Source: Octopus vulgaris
Taxonomy: Eukaryota
Direction of reading: 5' to 3'
Assembly (NCBI GenBank): GCA_951406725.2
Contig: OX597821.1
Coordinates: 26,102,001-26,166,000 of the forward strand
DNA length: 64,000 nt
Below the pieces are notes generated by a model that worked only from the letters and a program-made list of their open reading frames with translations, was not told where the DNA came from and did no database searches. The translations under genes and the position numbers were made by a program. Within the stretch, counting starts at the first letter, position 1, and the number at the start of each line of letters is the position of its first letter. Positions 26,006-39,084 of this stretch are shown one piece after another.

Positions 26006-26810
26006 TATGTATGTATGCATGTATGTATGTATGTATGTATGTATGCATGTATGTATGTATGTATGTACGTATGTATGTATGTATGTATGTATGTATGTAT
26101 GTATGTATGTATGTATGTATGTATGTATGTATGTATGTATGTATGTATGTATGTATGTATGTATGTATGTATGTATGTATGTATGTATGTATGTATGTAT
26201 GCATGTGTGTGTGTGTATGTATGTATGTATGTATGTATGTATGTATGTATGTATGTATGTATGTATGTATGTATGAGGAGGGTGGTTATTGGACACTCTG
26301 CGGGATGAAAAACAAAACCCACCAAAGGGCAGAGGAACTCTTGAGAGTCAACGGCCATCCAATAAATGTCTTAAGGCTGTATCATGCGCGTGGACATAGA
26401 AATAATCGGACTGAATACCCGATCGCGCGGTTAAATCATTGGGAGTGAAGGACTCCTAGCCTTTGTTAGGGCATCCTTCTAGGGGAATGTTACTGGGATA
26501 ACTCCGACATAAAACCTGCGGCTCAGTGGTTACCGATGATGTTGACTTGTTCTTCGTTTCGGATTATGGCTGCTGTTGTTTAGTGAGTGGGATTGACTCA
26601 GTGCACAGCCTTTCCTCACTTAAAAAAATCTTCTTGCACAGGCATTGCACGATAACAACATTGATTAAGCTTCGTGCAATGGCCATACTCGATAACGAGG
26701 GGGCAGCCACTATGTATGTATGTATGTATGTATGTATGTATGTATGTATGTATGTATGTATGTATGTATGTATGTATGTATGTATGTATGTATGCATGTA
26801 TGCATGTATT

Positions 26811-26849
<39 letters not shown>

Positions 26850-27097
26850 ATGTATGTATGTATGTATGTATGTATGTATGTATGTATGTGTGTATGTATG
26901 TATGTATGTATGTATGTATGTATGTATGCATGCATGCATGCATGCATGCATGTATGTATGTATGTATGTATGTATGTATGTATGTATGTATGCATGCATG
27001 TATGTATGTATGTATGTATGTGTGTATGTATGCATGCATGCATGTATGTATGTATGTATGTATGTATGTATGTATGTATGCATGCATGCATGTATGT

Positions 27098-27129
<32 letters not shown>

Positions 27130-27140
27130 GCATGCGTGTG
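26006..27140. repeat. (TATG)n microsatellite field split by a 436-bp insertion
   Basis: Directly visible; source of the MYVC/HTYI ORFs. Confidence 0.95.
26275..26710 (+). mobile_element. Non-autonomous element inside (TATG)n, possibly RTE-related
   Basis: Unique GC-richer sequence sharply bounded by TATG repeats. GCCTTTGTTAGGGCATCCTTCTAGGGGAA...AACTCCGACATAAAACC resembles RTE 5' UTR motifs as recalled. Confidence 0.45.
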
Positions 27141-27627
27141 TGATTAAAAGCAAGTTTTGAGGTTATGAATATACAGAAGAAACCGTTTACAAGACATAAC
27201 CGAATTCTCAAGTGCAACACGATGCAGCAGTAAACTCTACGGTAGAGCAGTTTTGTTCAAGAATTTCGTTCCAACTGGTGAGAAAGGAGTGACGAGTAAC
27301 TCGATAGATTTTTTATGCCAGACACTGGCGAGTGAGAATAACAGCATTGTGCATTCGCTGACGTTTTCAAGTACAAAAGACGATCGGTGTATGACCTAAA
27401 GAGCAAAGTTTCTGTAGATCTAGCTCAACGGTAATTATACTGGCGATCATTGATGAGATAGAGGAACATGGGCTGATAAAACAGTTGATGTTTTTAAAAA
27501 TGCTTCCATCAAATTTGAGAAATGTAAAGAAGGGACGATGGGTTGATAGTTGAAAGGTTTCCGTCAATGGGGGATTCCGTGTGTGAGAGACTCTGTATGT
27601 GTGTGTGAGTGTGTGTGTGTATGTGTG

Positions 27628-27713
<86 letters not shown>

Positions 27714-27868
27714 TAATGAGTGGAAAGAGAAATTGAGATGTCTGATAGTGATATGAGTTGACTTTGTAACGGATTGTTTAGTGTAATAAAAAGGGTTCTC
27801 ACATTTTGCGACTGCACACACACACACACACACAACACACACACATTCACACACACACACACACATTG

Positions 27869-27922
<54 letters not shown>

Positions 27923-28117
27923 CTGCTCGCTTAGCCAGCGGGGTGGCGTCATTCGAAGGCTAAAACAATGCGAACGCATTGTGACCAGCGATGTGTAACA
28001 ACATCTGATGGTCTGGTCGGTCACGTGATCACGTGATATATATATTCCATATAACAAGCAAATTAGCTAGTTGAGAAAATCTCTATAAGAGATGAAAGCA
28101 GTAACTATACTGAGAAG

Positions 28118-28625
28118 AAACGGTTATCGCCACTTAAACGTGGCTGTTCCGTAAGAACTGCTGTTACTGCTATTTTTAACCCCAGGGGGACGCCTCCTCC
28201 AGCAAGTTATTCGATGCAATCTGCACCCGATATATATTGCAAGCTGGGAAGTGAACCCCCTTCCAGCCACGAGACCATCAGACCGTACAGTTTCGACCTC
28301 TTTGTAGTCATTCTTGGTGGTGGATACTCGTCTGCTAGAGATAGCAGTAGTTCATTCCAACTCGCAATAGATAGAAAAAGAGAATGACACAGTCACTGAT
28401 CTTGCAACAAGCAAATTAGCTAGTTGAGACCACAAAGGAGCCGAAACCGTACGGTCTGGTTGTCTTGTGGCTGGAAGATGGTAGGGGTTCACTCCCCTGC
28501 TTGTCATATATATCAGGTGCAGATTGCATAGAATAACCAGCTGCAAGAGGCGTCGTCATGGGGTTAGAAATAGCAGTAACGTCAGCTCCTACGGTACAGC
28601 TATGTTTAAATTGCTATAAACGTTT
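28118..28625. mobile_element. Fold-back Penelope-like element with hammerhead relics in both arms
   Basis: About 190-bp imperfect inverted arms (28118-28308 vs 28425-28625); GAAA-CCGTACGG-TC on + (about 28443) and GAAA-CTGTACGG-TC on - (about 28280-28295); partial direct repeat 28054 vs 28407. Confidence 0.6.
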
Positions 28626-28678
28626 TATATATATATATATATATATATATGTTGTAAATAATATCTCTGTCTTTCTGT

Positions 28679-28718
<40 letters not shown>

Positions 28719-28798
28719 TACATATATATGTATGCATATATTTTATTTATTACACTATTGTCTGACAAATTTTCAATTTTCGTAAGATAGTATTGTTT

Positions 28799-28845
<47 letters not shown>

Positions 28846-29195
28846 AAGTAAGATATTATGGGTGAATCCACTAGGCTGAAACAGCTGTAAGAAGTAATTT
28901 ATGGATTTCAATAATTTATAATATGACTTTTAAAATCTGTATTTGTATTATTATCTTATTTATTGATTTATATAATATTTTTGTATGCTTTTGATCTTCT
29001 CATTTGTAAAATGAATAAATAATCTAATATTATGATATCCGTAAGTTGATGAACAAACTAAATTTGTTTCTCTATTTTCTTATATATATATATATACTAT
29101 ATATATATATTTATATATAATTTAAAAATAGGATAAAATCTTCATAAGAATTTATCAAGTAGTTAGCGTGAAAAACCTCATAAGAGAATGTATTT

Positions 29196-29444
29196 ATTTA
29201 TATTATATAGAGGGCACTATTACACCTAGATGCCTCACGCTAGGAGGGTCTCTTAAAGTCAAAACTACTAAAATAAATAAACACGTCGTACCGTAACAAT
29301 TCTCGAAGCAGTTCTGTTTTTAAATTACCTGCTTCGAGAATTGTTTCGGTACGATGTGTTTATTTATTTTAGCAGTTTTGACTTTAAGAGTCCCTCCTGG
29401 CGTGAGGCATCTAGGTGTAATAGTGCCCTCTATATAATATAAAT
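29196..29444. repeat. Near-perfect long inverted repeat (about 115-bp arms, 17-bp spacer)
   Basis: 29196-29311 is the reverse complement of 29329-29444 with about 5 mismatches; flanked by TA-rich tracts. Confidence 0.9.
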
Positions 29445-31950
29445 ATATATATTAGTCTGAAAATTATTTTGAGATTATAAACAGAAACAGAGTGCAGATT
29501 CGGACTGTCTGTATTTTAAAACCATGATTAAAAAAATTTCGTCAGAAAGACGAATTTAAGGATTTATGAGGCTGGGGCGTGGTTAATGAAAATAATTTTA
29601 AAATTCATTATTGTCTTTAAATTACGCTTCATTCTGTTTGAAAGTAAAAGAAATGAAGACTGCAATGGTGATCGCCGACTTCCAATTTTTTTTTTTTTTT
29701 ATCTTCAAGGCTCCATCCTATCGTTTTTAAGTCCGTAGTGCGAAAAAAAAAAGAAGGAAAAAGAATTAAAAGCCCAAAATCGCTACTGAGTGTTTTTTGT
29801 ACCGAAAAGGCATCTTTTGTTGTTTTTGGGTGCGTAGTGCAAAAAATAAAAAATAAAAAAAGAAAGGAACTGGACAAAATTTGTCCGGTTCATACTAAAT
29901 TGTTGCTGTCCAAATTGACTTCAGATATTTTATTCATTCATTTCTTCATCAGCAAAAGGAACATTGTAGAAAGAAGGCTGTCACAGAAAGTCCAAGACCA
30001 TATCACGTTGAAACGATCTGTTTGTTGTAATGAATTCATTTCTTTGTAACGATAATTTATATTTAAAAAACAGTTACGGATATAGAAAACAGCTTGTATA
30101 GCCTACATGGATATTTATAACAAGAGAGGATGTCAACGGGCAATACTGGATATCATTGGTCGACACATCGATGGTTTAGTCACGCAGTCGTAAGGCTACA
30201 TCATATAGATTCTTCCATCTATTGTGGATCAGGAGAGCTTAATAGAATATATGACAGATGAACAACCAGTATAGCAGAACTATTTTAAATGAAACTGCGA
30301 GTTTTGGGGGGCTCGCAAGCCATTCCATTTAATTCATTATAAATAATTCATTTTCATTTCATATTTTTCGATTTTTTTGTTGTTATATATACCCCATGTC
30401 TGTTGTAATGTCCCCTCTTAATTCGGGCCTTCGTGCCCATAATAAAGATTTTATCATATAGATTCTTCCATGCAAGAGATAAAAATCGGCAAAAAAGATT
30501 GTAGCGACACACGGAAGGAAGATGGATCTGGTTTTAGGTAAAGCACATCTTATTTTGGAGGAGCCGTTAGAGGCGGAGTGCATTGTTAAAATATAATCTT
30601 CAGTTGTTTATGAAAGTATATGAAATTATTAACAGTTCTTTATTTACGGATATCGCCGACCGCTAACAACCGAAGAATATAAACAGCGAAACAGTGCAAA
30701 CGAGAGACATTCAATATGGCGGAACGCAGCTTAATTTACCGAAACTTCCAGTAGTTTGATGAATCACCTTTTATTAAATGAAACTTGTCAACATTTCCAG
30801 GAAGGACGTTTAATCAGCTTTTATAAGCAATTCTCCCTCGCCTCGTCCCTTAATGTTAAAATTCTTGTAGATGCATCGTGATGGTGGGTGGAGAAGATTG
30901 CGATTAGGATTGGATTTGAAACTTAACCTTCTGCAGCAATCAGGCGGTAAACTGCTTTATTATAAATTCTCCCATTTTTTTTTTTAGCCGAGAATTAATT
31001 ATTTCTTGTTCAAGCGGGTCAGAGCTCTTTGCTATCCGCGGCAGTGTTTTATTTAGCAAACGTCTCTTTTCGTCAAAATGTGTGTGTCAATAGTAGAGCA
31101 CAGTGGAGAAGACGGAGGAGGGGGTGGATAAGGAAACTAAGGAAGAAATGGAGTAAAGGCGGAGGAGGGCAATGAAACGACTGGAACAAGGAAGAAGCGG
31201 GGGTGGGGGGAGAGAAAGGAGGAGAGAGGAAGAGGAGATGGATTTGTATGCACGAGCAGGTATATGTGTCCGTATACACACACACACACACACATATCAA
31301 AACGTATCTTACACATCCCACAAATAGCGATCACATCGCTAGTTTCAGATATACACACATTATACACACGTATACACGCATGCAGCCGCACACACAGACA
31401 CAAACACACACACACACACACACACATGTACACCTCAAGCTACGTCATTTCGAGTTACGTCTTTTCTTTTTAGAGAAACAGATAAAAAAAAAGTGAGCCT
31501 CAACTTCAGACGAATTATTCGACTTTACGTCGGTTTCAGTGAATATATTTAAAAGCATAAAATTAAAACAACAACAACTCCTTTACTCCCTCAAACAATA
31601 CTGATGTGAAAAATCAAATAAAATACGTGATAAATTTTTTTAATGTTCATTCGTGTTACGTCGCTTTTCGAATTAAGTCGCATGTCTTACAATCAGTAGC
31701 GACGTAAGTTAAGATATACTTGTTTATATACGTATATATTTGCATGTATGTATGTATGTATGTATGTATGTATGTATGTATGTATGTATGTATGTATGTA
31801 TGTATGAATATATGTATGTATGAATATATGTATGTATGTACATATGTATATATGTATGTATGAATATATGTATGTATGTACATATGTATATATGTATATA
31901 TGTATGTATGTATATATGTATGCATGCATGTATATATGTATGTATGTATG

Positions 31951-31981
<31 letters not shown>

Positions 31982-32026
31982 ATACATACTTATACGTATA
32001 GATATACATACACACACACACACACA

Positions 32027-32062
<36 letters not shown>

Positions 32063-32070
32063 TATATATC

Positions 32071-32105
<35 letters not shown>

Positions 32106-32565
32106 ATGTATGTATATATATTATATACTTACATACTTATCTACATCTCTATATAATAAATATATATGATAAAGAGCGACACACACACACACATACATAT
32201 GCATGCATACATACATACACACGCACACAAACATATACTTTAATACATTGTGTGTATGTGTTTGTGAGTGTGTAGATTTAAGCATATGCACATTTAGATA
32301 TATCACACTCAGACACACACCATATATACACATAGGCACACAAACGGTCAGACCGACACTAATGCCATATTTACTGATGCATGAAGCAAAAAATAATATT
32401 GCAATCACTTGTAGATAACATTCCCAGATGAGCTGGTACCAATTACCAAATTACTATCAGCTTAGAGAACTAAGGTGATACAAAAATATACTGTTCTGTT
32501 CAGTTGCATAACAAAATCTTGAAGGATTTGAACTTCTAAGTATCTCAGTACAGAGTTCAAATGGC

Positions 32566-33334
32566 GGATCTTTTCTTTTTAATGGACGGAATTTTCTAGT
32601 TAACAAAAAAATTTGAAACTTCGTATACTGGTAGAATGTGTCAAAAGAAAACATTATTGTAAACAAAATTGAAAACAAAATTGCAAACAAAATTGCAAAC
32701 AAAATTGTAATTCGTAACTTTAACGTAGTTTAATTCTTCGAATTTTAACCAATGAAATCCTAGCATTCGAGCTCAAACCATCTGCTGCGTCTAAAAACTC
32801 ACACACACACACGTCTTATTCATCCTTTCTCTCTTCTGTCTTCTGTCTTCTACATGTGCTAGAAATAACAGCTATATCTCTTAAATCGATGAATTTCGTC
32901 GCCCAATAAAAATATTAACGACATTTTTTGAATATTTTCTCTATTTTTTTTTTACTGAAAAGGCTTCTCCCATGGTTTTGAAGGGCCAGAAGTAAAAATT
33001 TGCGAAATATTTTTTCATAAAAGGATGCCCCAGCTTGTCAGAAGCTGTGATATAAATTTGGAAAAAAATCCTCGACACCAGTGCGTAATTGGTACTTAAT
33101 TTATCGACCCCGAAACGATGAAACATTGACCCCCACCCCTTCTGGTTTATTTACCTTTTGTGCAAATTTGTTGCGGCAAGGGGCAAAACACGAACGTGTA
33201 TGTATGCTTGTGTGCGTATGTGTGTATGTATATCTCCGTTTGTATGTGTGTGTACGCTTATATATTAATTACTATGTGCTTGTGCAAATGTATATGCATG
33301 TGTTTGAGAGAGAGAGACAGAGAGACAGAGAGAC

Positions 33335-33409
<75 letters not shown>

Positions 33410-33674
33410 AGCGTCTGCTATGATTGTTTATCAATATCGATTACGCAGAAAATGATTTGAGCTCAAATGCTCGGATTTCATTGGTTAAAATTCGAAGATG
33501 CTGCGATTTCATTGGTTAAAATTCGAAGAATTAAACTATGTTAAAGTTACGAATTACAATTTTGTTATCAATTTTGTTTACAATAATGTTTTCTTTTGAC
33601 ACATTCTACCAGTATACGAAGTTTCAAATTTTTTAGTTAACTAGAAAATTCCGTCCATCAAAACGAAAAGATCC
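32566..33674. mobile_element. 1.1-kb GGATC-terminal element with about 220-bp TIRs (relative of family D)
   Basis: GGATCTTTTC...AACTTCGTATACTGGTAGAATGTGTC... mirrored at 33444-33674; degenerate 8-bp TSD CAAATGGC / CAATTGGA. Confidence 0.8.
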
Positions 33675-33723
33675 CAATTGGATAATCAACATGCACATAC
33701 GCCTTCGTGCATGCAAGTACACC

Positions 33724-33807
<84 letters not shown>

Positions 33808-34306
33808 GGAAAAAGGGTTCATTCTTTTGTGTATGGCTATTTTGGGGGGCTGCATTTTAGATGTTTTTATTAAGGAGTCATTAATGATAGCTGTCGTTTC
33901 ACTTACCTATTCGTTGGATGTTCTACTTTAATTGATCGGCTTCAGTATTATATCCAAATAGTCATTTGTTTATAGTTCAAGTCAATTTTCTTATTCATGA
34001 ATGACATGTTATCCCTTTTCGCTAGCTAATTTAATAGTTGTCCTGTCGTTACTTATCGAGTTCATGCTAGTATTGTTTTGCTATAACAGTAGATTTATCC
34101 CGTTCATTGGCTGATTCACTGGTTGTCCTCCTGTCTTTACATATCGGTTACTTTACCATATCCTGTTATACTAAAATTGTTTATTTATTATTTTTGTTGG
34201 AAAACTGTCCTGTCTTTGTCAATTATGTCATCATATCCAGTTTGATAAAATTGTTGTTCTGTCTTCTCTATTACATGCAAAATGTCACTTTTTGTTTATA
34301 TATATA

Positions 34307-35455
34307 CTAGCAGTATAGCCCGGCGTTGCCCGGGTATGTAAGAGCCCCTAGTAGGCAACGACTAATCTCAATCTAGTCCTTTCCCTCTCGGGAACGAAGG
34401 CGCATGTGTAGGTTGCAATGTCTTCTCTTCACTCCCAAATAACTATCAAACAGCTATCGATAATGCAACCCAACCAATTCCTACCAGGAAGAAATTACAT
34501 TCGAGACTTTACCCCCATCACCGCCACTTCTGCTAATAGCTGCTGCAGCTGCAAGTTATTCGAATACTTTTTTTTGTTTAAACTTTCTTTATAACTACCA
34601 CCCCAAACGTTTTAACTTAAATTTTTGACGTACCCTAAGGGTCCTCGGACGCTACTTGCAAACTCTTGGTTTAGTATAAACCGCTTTTGTCGTGTGCACC
34701 AAAAAACCTTTTCCATTCAGTTTGGTCACTTTTCACTTTTTCGTTCTTGTCACTCACATTGCTGCCCGCTTTTTTGCCGTTTTTGTACATTTTTATACAT
34801 TTTGGGATAATTACCCCACGTGTTGCAAGAGTTAAAAAGGTCGAGTTGCGTCCCCTAGACAGTCTGTTCTTTGTGTTTAATACACAAATCGGTTTGCTAT
34901 GTGTGCCACATATGATTTAATTAACCGATTTTTTCCAGTAATAAAGTATCCTATTGGAATAAAAAGGGCCATATAGCTCCTTGGGGCAGACATGATGCTC
35001 GTTGTGAATTTAAAAAAAAAATTCCTGCCAATTTGTGAAAGATATTGTAGATAATATGTCATCTTGAATTTGAACGCGATTCCCAAAATGGCATAATTTT
35101 ATCGATTTTTTCTGATGGTAAGGTATTGCATGGAAAACTAACGTCAGAATTAAGTTTCTTAGGGTAACATTAAGCTTCACCATGAGTTTGGTGAAAAATC
35201 GATTGCAAGTTGCGAAAACTACAACAGATTCTCGATCCCATGTCGAATTTATCAATTTTTTTCAGAACTGTGGGAACTTTCCAAACTTTTCGCTGCGTTA
35301 GTTTTGAATTATGACATTGGGCTATGTGTGTGTCAAGTTTCATCAGAATGGGTTGAAAGCCGTGGTCAGGGTGAGGGTACAACCTGACAGACACACAGAC
35401 ACACAGACACACACACAGACACACACACAGACACACACACACACACATATATATA
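34307..35455 (-). mobile_element. Non-autonomous Helitron
   Basis: Minus-strand 3' end: hairpin CCCGGGCAACGCCGGG followed by CTAG|T; GTCT/GT microsatellite near the 5' end; no TSD. Confidence 0.75.
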
Positions 35456-35820
35456 CTAGCAGTATCGCCCGGCGTTGCTCAGGTTTGTAAGGGAAATAAC
35501 TATAAAGCATTTTTAGAGAGTTATAGCCAAAAAATAGCAAAAAAATGGAAAAAAATGATTGTAAATTTTTTTTTAGTTAAAAAAGGTGGAGTTGCGTCCC
35601 CTAGACAGTTTGCGGTTTGTGTTTCTGATTCTCGACCCCATGTCGAATTTATCGATTTTTTTCAGAACTGGGGGAACTTTTCAAAATGTTCGCTGCGTTA
35701 GTTTTGAATTATGACATTGGGCTATGTGTGTGTCAAGTTTCATCAGAATCGGTTGAAAGCCGTGGTCAGGGTGAGGGTACAAGCAAACAGACACACAGAA
35801 ACACGCACAGACAAACTGCC

Positions 35821-35830
<10 letters not shown>
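35456..35830 (-). mobile_element. Second, shorter non-autonomous Helitron in tandem
   Basis: CTAG plus hairpin at 35456-35485; 35630-35780 nearly repeats 35230-35380. Confidence 0.75.
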
Positions 35831-35878
<48 letters not shown>

Positions 35879-36205
35879 CTAAAAAAATTTGTCGCGCAGA
35901 TCGTCGCTGCTTAAGGAATATCAGGAATATTTACATTTTTCATGAAACATTAGTTAATTGTGAATATTTGCTTGCGCGTTTTATAAGTTAATCTGACTGT
36001 GTGATGTCGCAAAGGAGATTCTTGATATATCACTTAAACCATGCATTATAATAATTCTTTAGACCTAACATCGCCAATTAGGACATATGACGCGAGATTT
36101 GATGAGTAAGACGACGCATTTCTGATCCTTCCAATTCTTTTTTTATTTTTATTTTCAGTTTTTCTTTTTTTACAAACAAAGATCAATCATACGTTAATAT
36201 TTACG

Positions 36206-36832
36206 AGCGGCGAGCAGGCAGAAACGTTAAGCACGTCGGTCGAAATGCTTAGTGGTATTTCGTCTGCCGCTACGTTCTGAGTTCAAATTCCGCCGAGGTC
36301 GACTTTGCCTTTCATCCTTTCGGGGTCAATAAATTAAGCACCAGTTATGCACTGGGGTCGATGTGATCGACTTAATCCGTTCGTCTGTCCTTGTTTGTCC
36401 CCTCTGTGTTTAGCCCCTTGCGGGTAGTAAAGAAATAGGTATTTCATCTGCCGTTACGTTCTGAGTTCAAATTCCGCCGAGGTCGACTTTGCCTTTTCTC
36501 CTTTCAGGGTCGATAAATTAAGTACCAGTTGCGTACTGGGTTCGATCTAATCGATTGGCTTCTTCCCCCAAAATTTCGGGCCTTGTGCCTAGAGTTGAAA
36601 AGAATATTTACGAGACTAAAGACAGCGAGCTTGCTGAATCGTTAAGCACGCCGGGCAAAATGTTACGCGGCATTTGATACTGAGTTCAAATGACGCCGGG
36701 GTCGACTTTGCCTTTCATTCTTTGCCTTCATTCTTTAGATAAATTGATTACCAGTTGAGGACTGGGGTCGATGTGAGTGACTTATTCCCTACCCCGAATT
36801 TGCTGAGCTTGTACCAAAATTTGAAACCAGTG
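36206..36832 (+). mobile_element. Family A SINE dimer followed by an older family A copy
   Basis: Consensus matches; AATATTTACGAG direct repeat flanks the first element. Confidence 0.85.
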
Positions 36833-37041
36833 TTTACGAGCCGACTAGCCAAGTGGCAAGTTCCTTCTGAAATCCATTCACGATGTGTTTCCGATCTCAA
36901 CCAATCTTAAAGTTGTCGGTATGAAGATTACGTGTGAAGATTACGTTGGTGCATATTCTGACTGCGTGCAGTTACCCCTTGCAAAATGCTTCTGACATAA
37001 CCAAGTCCTGAACCTTGTTCTTAGCGTGTGAAAGCAGTAAT

Positions 37042-37072
<31 letters not shown>

Positions 37073-37530
37073 CGGCAGCATAGCATCAAGGAGAATCGAC
37101 ACTAAGATGCAATCTGTGACTTTCAACGAGATAAGCGAGAAAGAGCAAAGCAGAATCGTAAACCTAAAAAAGAAAAAGGAAAAAAAAATGATCTTCAGTA
37201 TTATGGTAATGTGTTTTTCGTGGCAGTAATGTTGTTGTTGTTGGTGGTGGTGGTGGGAAAATTTAAAAAACACTCTCCACCCCCGTGTAGTACAAACTCC
37301 AGCCGCACCGATAGGTGTAGGCAAATTTAGAGAGGGCAAATTTAGTAGTTCTTCGCAAGTCATATTACCATAGCTAAGCAATGACTCAGTCTTACGGCGT
37401 GGTCCTGCTAAACGAAAAGAAAGTAGTAATTATTGCGTTAATTGCTCCATAGGAAGCAATATGGAATGGGCACACGAAAGGAAGAGCCTAAAATATGAAG
37501 GACTTAAAAAAATCGTATGGTACACGTAGG

Positions 37531-37846
37531 TGGAGGCGCAATGGCCCAGTGGTTAGGACAGGGGACTCGCAGTCGGAGGATCGCAGTTTCGATTCCCAGA
37601 CCAGGCGTTGTGTGTATTTATTAAGCGAAAATACCTAAAGCTTCACAAGGCTCAGGTAGGGGTGGTGACGACCCCTGTTATATTCTTTCGCCCCAACTTT
37701 CTCTCACTCTTTCTTCCTGTTTCTTGAGCAACGCTGCGATGGACTGGCGTCCCGTCCAGCTGGGGGGAACACATACGCCATAGAAACCGGGAAACCGGGC
37801 CCATGAGCCTGGCTAGGCTTGAAAAGGGCAAAAAGAAGAAGGAAAG
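37531..37846 (+). mobile_element. SINE family C (tRNA head, V-domain-like GCGATGGACTGGCGTCCCGTCCAG block)
   Basis: A/B boxes present; 12-bp TSD ATGGTACACGTA (37517-37528 / 37847-37858). Confidence 0.85.
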
Positions 37847-38067
37847 ATGGTACACGTAAATGACAGTGTTCAGTATTTCTACTAGAAGTGAAATGTTGGT
37901 AGGCTTACCGACCATATTCGATCCAAATATTCTACCTGTTTTATGTTCAGACCGACCAGATCCTGGCTCTCACACATTTCCTACAATGTTAGTATAAAGA
38001 TAAACAATCACACAATTGAAATCCTGAAGTTACAAGATTGCTTAATTCAATACAATGTGAATAAATA

Positions 38068-38572
38068 CCGTAAATCCTCGAGTATAACCCGCATTTTTTC
38101 CCCAAAATTTAAATGTCAAAATCCCTAGTGCGTACTATATACGAGGTTAAAAATATTTTCTAAGCAATGTCCGAGTCTCTATTTGCTGTTCGGCAATGTT
38201 TATTCAGACGTATTTTGTGATGTCGGGCGCGAAAATACCTTAAGCTGAGCCTGGAAGCAATGAAGTCATAAAAGAATCATTCATAACTTGCAGTATGCAA
38301 CATTTATTAAACGTTATTACTGTTATTTCTTTATTTTCTGGAAACAAAATGCACAAAAAAGCTACACGTTTGCATTATGTTATATATATAATAATAATAA
38401 AGGACGATGCCGTATACATTTTTACAAACCAAGGACGTTATATAAACCTCCTCGATTCAAGTTAGTGAAGGGGTGCGTATTATACACAAGGTTTGGGTTT
38501 TTCAAAGGTACAGTCCCCTAAAAATCCCCTGCGTATTATACTCAAGGGCGGAATATACTCGAGGATTTACTG
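38068..38572. mobile_element. pogo/Tc2-like MITE nested in a piggyBac-like MITE
   Basis: TA-CCGTAAATCCTCGAGTATA ... TATACTCGAGGATTTACTG-TA; the host repeat resumes on both sides and ends AGGGTTAA. Confidence 0.8.
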
Positions 38573-39030
38573 TAAGCATTACATTTAACGAAGTAATCTG
38601 AATATTAAGGGTTAAAAAGAATAGAAAACAATGATTGGTAAACGGCTAAGAGAAGTAAGTAATGTTTCATCATGGATGTCAATGGCGAAAGGTATGCGGA
38701 GTGAAGAAGAAATTTACTGTAAATTGTAACCCAAAATGAGCACTGCATTGTTAGCATGGTTATTTTTCGTTCATGTGATGACCGAATGTAGGGGCCGGAT
38801 TAAGAGCCATAGAGGCCCTAGGCACTTTAAAAGATTTGGATGGCCCTGTATATACTTCTAAATATAAGCAATAATATAAACAGAAAATAAACAATAATAC
38901 AAACACAAAATAATTTTATAGTTTTCAAAGAAAACCAAAATTAACATGGAAAAAAATGTTTATTTTTGGATACTTTCACTTTCTGTTTTCTCTAATTACA
39001 AACTCTTTGATCATCTGATACACACACACA

Positions 39031-39084
<54 letters not shown>

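Noticed and set aside
25707-27220. MYVC/HTYI ORF cluster, including a 95-aa unique tail at 25707-25990
   Set aside because: Driven by (TATG)n; the unique part has no recognisable motif or clear splice sites.
36941-37381. 146-aa minus-strand ORF and a Ser-rich plus-strand frame
   Set aside because: Built largely from short CAG/TAG/TTG/TGG repeats and A-runs; no homology signal.
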